DNA of 32,131 nt from Spirosomataceae bacterium (GTDB taxonomy: Bacteria > Bacteroidota > Bacteroidia > Cytophagales > Spirosomataceae). Of this stretch, positions 26,461 to 32,131 are shown one piece after another. The stretch covers positions 1 to 32,131 of the forward strand of contig JALOLW010000033.1 of the NCBI GenBank assembly GCA_025455795.1. The letters run 5' to 3'. Below the pieces are notes generated by a model. That model was not told where the DNA came from and did no database searches. It worked only from the letters and a program-made list of their open reading frames with translations. Every line of letters begins with the position of its first letter. The stretch's first letter is position 1. The translations under genes and the position numbers were made by a program.

Positions 26461-26506
26461 CAAACGTAGCAACACGATGGGTCAGAAGTTTATGGTTTGA
26501 ATCATA
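26461..26506 (-). promoter_or_regulatory. nos operon promoter with a Crp/Fnr-like box
   Basis: TACGTTTG at 26468..26461; TATGAttcaaaCCATA at 26506..26491. Confidence 0.6.
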
Positions 26507-26588
26507 AAGAGTTTGTGATTTATATTGGTTTTTGGATATAAACACTTACAAATATGATTCGTTGAAACAAAAAATAGAGTATTTATGC

Positions 26589-27188
26589 TTATTTTATTCT
26601 TAATACACGCTGTTGATGTAGTTGCAGTTCGCCCTTGTCGGCCAGTTGTTTTACTTTTCTAATGACCGTTTCTACGCGCAGTCCCGTCAAATCGGCCAGT
26701 GTTTGGCGCGTGAAAGGCACTTCGTAGGGTTGATTGGGGCCACAAGATTTGTTTTTGAAATGGTCAATGATGATCAGAATCAGGTCTTCGGGGCGTTGGG
26801 TGGTCATACTCGTTAAGATTTTGGTTTTGTAGCAAAGCCTTTTGCACAGCACCTGGGTCAGTTCGAGATGAATGACGGGATTTTCTTTGAGGAGTTGGAT
26901 AAAGTTGGCTTTTTTGAGTACCCATATTTTAGAATCAGCCAATGCCCGCGCGTCGGCAGGGTAGGGGAAATCGCCGAGCAGGGCGGGTTCGCCAAAACTT
27001 TCACCATTGGCAAAAAGGCCTTGGATAAAGTCACAAGTTTCGCCTGAATTGAACATTTTAACTGTTCCTTCTTCCAGCTGAAAGTAAAAATGCGCGGGTC
27101 TATCTTCGTGAAAAATGTATTCACTTTTGCGAAAATGATTGAGCGAAGCACCGTAGTGCTGCAGCAAAGATGGGGCGATGGAGTACAT
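26589..27188 (-). CDS. Crp/Fnr family transcriptional regulator
   Basis: cNMP-type domain GESFGE..YPADA; HTH TRQTLADLTGLRVETVIR. Confidence 0.93.
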   Translation of the reverse strand: MYSIAPSLLQHYGASLNHFRKSEYIFHEDRPAHFYFQLEEGTVKMFNSGETCDFIQGLFANGESFGEPALLGDFPYPADARALADSKIWVLKKANFIQLLKENPVIHLELTQVLCKRLCYKTKILTSMTTQRPEDLILIIIDHFKNKSCGPNQPYEVPFTRQTLADLTGLRVETVIRKVKQLADKGELQLHQQRVLRIK

Positions 27189-27450
27189 TGGGAAAGGATT
27201 TTAGGGCCAAAATCCTGAAAAACTGTATTCAAACAAATGAGGAAAGTCAGTAAATAGGAGAAGGTACTTTCGCGGTCAAATACTCCTCTCAAGTGTCAAT
27301 TTTACGTAGTAGCTCAAAATTTAGTATTTACGGCTTTGAAATGCCACTAAGACGTTAGAAAGACTACTCCTCTCACTCAAATCCGTCATTCTGTCTTGTT
27401 TAGATAGCCTTGTCTCTTTAAAAACTGCCATTTTTTCTGTTTTTTCAACG

Positions 27451-27465
27451 CGGCACAAAGGTTGT
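27451..27465 (+). promoter_or_regulatory. Possible sigma54-type -24/-12 promoter for clpB
   Basis: CGGCAC-AAAGG-TTGT versus consensus TGGCAC-N5-TTGC. Confidence 0.4.
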
Positions 27466-27514
27466 GAATAGTGCATTCGTAAATGCTTAAGTGCAGAAAT
27501 ATTGAATAATTACG

Positions 27515-27561
27515 CATTCCCTCATTCCCTCATTTTTCCATTCACACATTCACTCATTTTT
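27515..27561 (+). repeat. Degenerate tandem 8-mer CATTnnnn x6 in the clpB leader
   Basis: CATTCCCT CATTCCCT CATTTTTC CATTCACA CATTCACT CATTTTT. Confidence 0.7.
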
Positions 27562-27569
27562 CAATCGCC

Positions 27570-30227
27570 ATGAACTTCAATCAATACACCATCAAAGCCC
27601 AAGAAGTAGTGCAACGTGCGGTGCAGATTGCACAGGGCAACCAACAGCAAGCCGTTGAAACGGGGCATATTTTACAGGCTATTTTGGAAGATGACCCCAA
27701 CACGTCGCAGTTTTTGATGAAAAAACTCAATGTAAATGCCAACTTGCTCAATGAAAAACTAAAATCAATCAACAGCAAATACCCCAAAGTAGCAGGCACT
27801 GCCGCCACCGAATACATCAGCAATGACCTCAATGCAGCATTCCAAAAAGCCCAAAGCTACCTCAAAAGCATGGGCGACGAGTTTGTGAGTGTAGAGCTAC
27901 TGTTTTTGGGGCTCACTACTGGCAAAGATACCACCGCCCAACTCATGCGAGAAGTGGGTTTCAACGAAAAAGGCTTATTGGCAGCCATCAAAGAACTAAG
28001 AGGAAAAGACAACGCCGTGAAAGACCAAAACGCCGAAGCTAAGTATCGTTCGCTTGAACGGTACAGCAAAAACTTAAACCAACTCGCTCGTGCGGGCAAA
28101 ATAGACCCCGTCATTGGACGCGACGACGAAATCCGCCGGGTGCTGCAAATTTTGGCCCGTCGTACCAAAAACAACCCCATGCTACTCGGTGAGCCGGGTG
28201 TGGGCAAAACCGCTATCGTGGAGGGTTTGGCGCAGCGTATCGTACAAGGCGACGTGCCAGAGCAGTTGAAAGACACCGAAATTGTATCACTTGATATGGG
28301 TTTACTCATTGCGGGAGCCAAGTACAAGGGGGAATTTGAAGAACGCCTCAAAGCGGTCATCAAAGAAGTGACCGACTCTGACGGCCAAGTGATTCTGTTT
28401 ATTGACGAAATCCACACGCTCATCGGGGCGGGGGCAGGAGGTGAGGGCGCTATGGATGCCGCCAACTTACTCAAGCCTGCCCTCGCGCGGGGCGAATTGC
28501 ATACCATCGGTGCCACCACGACCAAAGAGTACCAAAAGTACATCGAAAAAGACAAAGCCCTGGAGCGGCGTTTTCAGGTAGTGACCGTGGATGAACCCAA
28601 CGAGGCCGATGCCATCAGTATTTTGCGCGGTATCAAAGACAAATACGAGCTTCACCACGGTGTGCGTATCCAAGACGACGCCGTGATTGCCGCCGTGGAG
28701 TTGTCGAGCCGCTATATTTCTGACCGCTTCTTGCCCGATAAGGCCATTGACCTCATGGACGAGGCCGCCGCCAAACTGCGCCTCGAAATGGACTCCGTAC
28801 CCGAAGAACTCGACGACCTCAACCGTCGTATCATGCAGCTCGAAATCGAGCGCGAAGCCATCCGCCGCGAGAATGACAAAGACAAAGAAGCGCGTTTGAG
28901 CAAAGAATTGGCCGACTTGAACGAAGAACGAACGGCTTTTAAAGCCCAATGGGAACTGGAAAAAGGAAAAATCAACGAACTCCGCGCCCTTAAAGAAGAA
29001 CTCGAAAAGCTCCGCCTCGAAGCCGAACAAGCCGAACGCGCAGGCGACTACGGCAAAGTAGCAGAGTTGCGATATGGCCGTATTCCTGAATTGGAACAAA
29101 AAGCCCCCCCCGCCCCCGAAGGGGGTGCTGATTCATTGGCATTTTCGGATTACACCCCCTTCGGGGGCTTGGGGGCCTGGGGGGCTGTCACGCCCGAAAA
29201 CATCGCGGAGGTGGTGGCCAAATGGACGGGAATCCCAGTCAGTAAAATGCTCCAAAGCGAGCGCGAAAAACTGTTGAATCTCGAAACCGAACTTCAAAAG
29301 CGGGTGGCGGGCCAAGAAGAAGCCATTGAGGCCGTAGCCGACGCGGTGCGCCGCTCGCGGGCGGGCTTGCAAGATCCTAAACGCCCCATCGGTAGCTTTT
29401 TGTTTTTGGGGCCTACGGGCGTGGGCAAAACCGAATTGGCCAAAACCCTCGCCAACTACCTTTTCAACGACGAAAACGCGATGGTGCGGATTGACATGAG
29501 CGAGTACCAAGAACGCCATACCGTAAGCCGATTGGTGGGTGCGCCTCCCGGCTACGTGGGCTACGATGAAGGCGGCCAACTCACCGAGGCCGTGCGTCGC
29601 AAACCGTACAGCGTGATACTGCTCGACGAAATCGAAAAAGCCCACCCCGACGTGTGGAACGTGATGCTCCAAGTGCTGGACGATGGCCGCCTTACCGACA
29701 ACAAAGGACGCTTGGCCAACTTCAAAAATACGCTCATTGTCATGACCTCCAACATCGGCTCTGACATCATCATGGAGAAGTTCAAGGAGGCGGGCAACAA
29801 ACTCGAAAAGGGTTGGAAACTCTATTTCAAAGAAGAAGCCAAGGAAAATGTTTTGACCTTGCTCAAACAAAGCGTACGGCCAGAGTTTTTGAACCGTATT
29901 GACGAAATCGTACTCTTTGACCCGCTTGGCAAAGACAACCTGAAACAAATCGTAAGGATTCAGTTCAACCTCATCAGAGAGCGATTGGCCGAGCAAGGCG
30001 TGACCTTGGACGCTACCGACGACGCCCTGCTCGCGTTGGCCGAAGAAGGTTATGACCCTGCTTTTGGGGCAAGGCCATTGAAAAGAGTCCTCCAAAAACG
30101 CATCTTGAACGAGCTTTCTAAACAAATCCTTTCCAACAAAATCACCAAAGACTCGGTCATTATGATGGAGTTGGACGAGGAAAAAAAGGTTGTTTTTGAG
30201 AATATAAGCGCCGTGGAAATAGCATAG
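27570..30227 (+). CDS. clpB: ATP-dependent disaggregase ClpB
   Basis: Two AAA+ domains ([16 protein letters not shown]), KYKGEFEER, coiled-coil M domain, [17 protein letters not shown]. Confidence 0.98.
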   Translation: MNFNQYTIKAQEVVQRAVQIAQGNQQQAVETGHILQAILEDDPNTSQFLMKKLNVNANLLNEKLKSINSKYPKVAGTAATEYISNDLNAAFQKAQSYLKSMGDEFVSVELLFLGLTTGKDTTAQLMREVGFNEKGLLAAIKELRGKDNAVKDQNAEAKYRSLERYSKNLNQLARAGKIDPVIGRDDEIRRVLQILARRTKNNPMLLGEPGVGKTAIVEGLAQRIVQGDVPEQLKDTEIVSLDMGLLIAGAKYKGEFEERLKAVIKEVTDSDGQVILFIDEIHTLIGAGAGGEGAMDAANLLKPALARGELHTIGATTTKEYQKYIEKDKALERRFQVVTVDEPNEADAISILRGIKDKYELHHGVRIQDDAVIAAVELSSRYISDRFLPDKAIDLMDEAAAKLRLEMDSVPEELDDLNRRIMQLEIEREAIRRENDKDKEARLSKELADLNEERTAFKAQWELEKGKINELRALKEELEKLRLEAEQAERAGDYGKVAELRYGRIPELEQKAPPAPEGGADSLAFSDYTPFGGLGAWGAVTPENIAEVVAKWTGIPVSKMLQSEREKLLNLETELQKRVAGQEEAIEAVADAVRRSRAGLQDPKRPIGSFLFLGPTGVGKTELAKTLANYLFNDENAMVRIDMSEYQERHTVSRLVGAPPGYVGYDEGGQLTEAVRRKPYSVILLDEIEKAHPDVWNVMLQVLDDGRLTDNKGRLANFKNTLIVMTSNIGSDIIMEKFKEAGNKLEKGWKLYFKEEAKENVLTLLKQSVRPEFLNRIDEIVLFDPLGKDNLKQIVRIQFNLIRERLAEQGVTLDATDDALLALAEEGYDPAFGARPLKRVLQKRILNELSKQILSNKITKDSVIMMELDEEKKVVFENISAVEIA
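29103..29186. repeat. Palindromic repeat embedded in frame in clpB
   Basis: GCCCCCGAAGGGGGTG (29112-29127) is the exact reverse complement of CACCCCCTTCGGGGGC (29153-29168), with further C/G runs outside. Confidence 0.85.
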
Positions 30228-30247
30228 AGCGTTGTAGTGCTTTCTTA

Positions 30248-31036
30248 CTACAAACTCCCAGTTTTGCCACCGTCCACGGGGATATTGATACCACTGATGG
30301 CAGCGGCAGCGGGGCTACACAAAAACGCCACCGCTGCCGCTACTTCTTCGGCTTCGGCAAAACGCCCCATCGGAATCTCCGCAATTAGTTGATTCTCAAC
30401 TTCCTCAACCGCTTTTCCTGTGGCTTGGGCGCGCATCTGATTGACCGTTTCCAGTCGTCCTGTTTTGGTGTAGCCCGGCAAGACGTTGTTGACTGTGATG
30501 CCCCATTTGCCCGTTTCCAACGACAGCGTTTTGGCCCAGCTTGCCACCGACCACCGAATCGTATTGGACACTCCCAAACCCACAATCGGCTGCTTCACAG
30601 AGGTAGAAATGATATTGACAATCCGCCCAAATCCCGCTGCTTTCATCGAAGGCACGACCGCTTGTGCGAGGATTTGATTGTTGATAAGGTGCATCTCAAA
30701 CGTCGCCAAAAACTGCGCGGGGGAGGCTTCAATGATGGGACCGCCGGCAGGGCCGCCTGTATTGTTGATAAGAATATGTACTGCTGGAAACTCGCCGAGG
30801 TACTGCTCAATGGCGGCTTTGACGCTGGCCGTACTCATAAAATCGGCCACGAGGTAGCGGTGCGTTTGGCCGTATGACGTGTCCAAAGTAGCCAACGTTT
30901 GTTGCAATGAAGCCTCATTTCGCGCCATGAGCGTCACATTGGCCCCCATTTGGGCGAGTTCGATGGCCGTAGCGCGGCCTATCCCTTGCGTACTGCCGCA
31001 CACGATGGCGGTTTTTCCAGTCAGATTTAGATTCAT
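30248..31036 (-). CDS. SDR family oxidoreductase (FabG-like)
   Basis: CGSTQGIG, NNTGG, GRIVNI, VNNVLPG, IPMGRF, VDGG. Confidence 0.92.
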   Translation of the reverse strand: MNLNLTGKTAIVCGSTQGIGRATAIELAQMGANVTLMARNEASLQQTLATLDTSYGQTHRYLVADFMSTASVKAAIEQYLGEFPAVHILINNTGGPAGGPIIEASPAQFLATFEMHLINNQILAQAVVPSMKAAGFGRIVNIISTSVKQPIVGLGVSNTIRWSVASWAKTLSLETGKWGITVNNVLPGYTKTGRLETVNQMRAQATGKAVEEVENQLIAEIPMGRFAEAEEVAAAVAFLCSPAAAAISGINIPVDGGKTGSL

Positions 31037-31114
31037 TTGGTTAAATTTTGTGAATGTTGCAATCTATTTTAGCGTTGTACGTGTATATATGAACAAAAAT
31101 CATTCTTTATCATT

Positions 31115-31873
31115 ATGAAATACGTCGCTTTTATCGCCTTGTTTACAGTGGCCTTGCTCGGCAACTGCACCACGACTCCTACTTCTACCGCCCCGCCCGT
31201 AGAACATACTGCGTGGGACAAACTTCTGAAAAAACACGTAAACGACAAAGGGTTTGTCAATTATACCAACTTCAAAAAAGATTATGACGAACTCAAAAAA
31301 TACTTGGACATGCTCAGTGCCAACGCGCCCAACAACAAGTGGACGCAAGAAGAGCAACTCGCGTACTGGATCAATGCGTACAATGCGTTTACGGTGCAGT
31401 TGATTTTGGACAATTATCCCGGTATCAGTAGCATCAAAGACCTCGGTTCAAAAGTCAAAATCCCTTTTGTGAGCGATGCTTGGACGATTAAGTTCATCAC
31501 GATTGGGGGTAAAAAAATGGATTTGAACAACATCGAACACGGTATCATTCGCAAAAAGTTTGACGAGCCACGGATTCACTTCGCGCTGGTATGCGCGGCC
31601 AAATCTTGCCCTCCGCTTCGCAATGAAGCCTTTGTAGCCGCCCGACTTGACACGCAACTCGACGACCAAGGACGCGATTTCTTGAACGATAAAACCAAAA
31701 ATAATGTCACGAAAGACAAAGCCGAACTTTCCAAAATTTTGTCTTGGTACGGAGGCGATTTTACCAAAAAAATGCCAATGGTGGACTGGGTCAACAAGTA
31801 TTCTGCCGTGAAGATTGACAAGAAAACCCCGATTTCGCACTTAGATTACGATTGGGACCTGAACGGGAAGTAA
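31115..31873 (+). CDS. DUF547 domain lipoprotein
   Basis: Lipobox LGNC; LAYWINAYNAFT, IEHGIIR, RIHFALVCAAKSCPPL, YDWDLN. Confidence 0.92.
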   Translation: MKYVAFIALFTVALLGNCTTTPTSTAPPVEHTAWDKLLKKHVNDKGFVNYTNFKKDYDELKKYLDMLSANAPNNKWTQEEQLAYWINAYNAFTVQLILDNYPGISSIKDLGSKVKIPFVSDAWTIKFITIGGKKMDLNNIEHGIIRKKFDEPRIHFALVCAAKSCPPLRNEAFVAARLDTQLDDQGRDFLNDKTKNNVTKDKAELSKILSWYGGDFTKKMPMVDWVNKYSAVKIDKKTPISHLDYDWDLNGK

Positions 31874-31908
31874 TCATTTGAGGGGGGCTTGCAAATTCCA
31901 GATTTTTA

Positions 31909-31984
31909 GGCACGGGTTACAAATCCGCGCCAGCAGATTTTGTCCCCTTTTTCCTTACAAAGGGGAAAGGGCCAGGGATAGGGG
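31909..31984. repeat. Two REP-like hairpins between convergent genes
   Basis: GGCACGGGTTacaAATCCGCGCC (31909-31931); CCCCTTTTTCCTtacaaAGGGGAAAGGGCCAGGGATAGGGG (31944-31984). Confidence 0.6.
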
Positions 31985-31992
31985 TTTGGGCA

Positions 31993-32130
31993 TCACATCT
32001 TAGGGCACTTCGTCTTCCCCCGCTGTCCACGCCCTGCGGTACGGTATTTGAGTTGATGACGGGTCTCCACGTAGCGGGACCCGTTGTTTTTGGCAACGAG
32101 GCCGTCATTTTTCATCGGGATAAAATCCAG
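31993..32130 (-). CDS. 3' end of an unidentified gene cut by the window edge
   Basis: Only frame open from the edge: ...LDFIPMKNDGLVAKNNGSRYVETRHQLKYRTAGRGQRGKTKCPKM*. Confidence 0.5.
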   Translation of the reverse strand: MDFIPMKNDGLVAKNNGSRYVETRHQLKYRTAGRGQRGKTKCPKM

Positions 32131-32131
32131 G

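Noticed and set aside
26589-27188. Regulator as a canonical [4Fe-4S] FNR
   Set aside because: Four scattered Cys but no N-terminal FNR Cys cluster; the signal sensed cannot be assigned

Overview
Chromosomal window from a Bacteroidetes genome, probably Cytophagales (Runella/Spirosoma-like). This is inferred from gene content and TAnnTTTG promoter elements. Housekeeping genes present: blaI-type regulator, proC, MlaF-like ATPase, tatC, GGGP synthase, Maf, esterase, acyl-CoA dehydrogenase, ppc, lytic transglycosylase, Gfo/Idh/MocA oxidoreductase, clpB, SDR and DUF547. They surround a ~12 kb minus-strand block: a Crp/Fnr regulator, then a clade II nitrous oxide reductase cluster (cytochrome c, nosZ, nosB-nosL fusion, nosD, nosF-nosY fusion, fasciclin, cupin), then a three-gene unit. 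That unit is the best candidate for an undescribed system. It comprises a small membrane-anchored protein with C-x9-C-x3-C and a terminal RPP (CruR/CutF-like leader architecture), a TonB-dependent receptor, and an Asp-box propeller with CQCC/CPH motifs. It may be a metal (copper)-responsive uptake system that supplies NosZ, and it has a Crp/Fnr-like box spaced like the one at the nos promoter. A second theme is invasion by short palindromic repeats. One is written in frame into ClpB, one extends NosY by 33 aa, one supplies the Maf stop codon, and a 16-17 nt GC-rich micro-element is seen at both filled and empty sites. All product calls come from motif recognition by eye; no searches were run.
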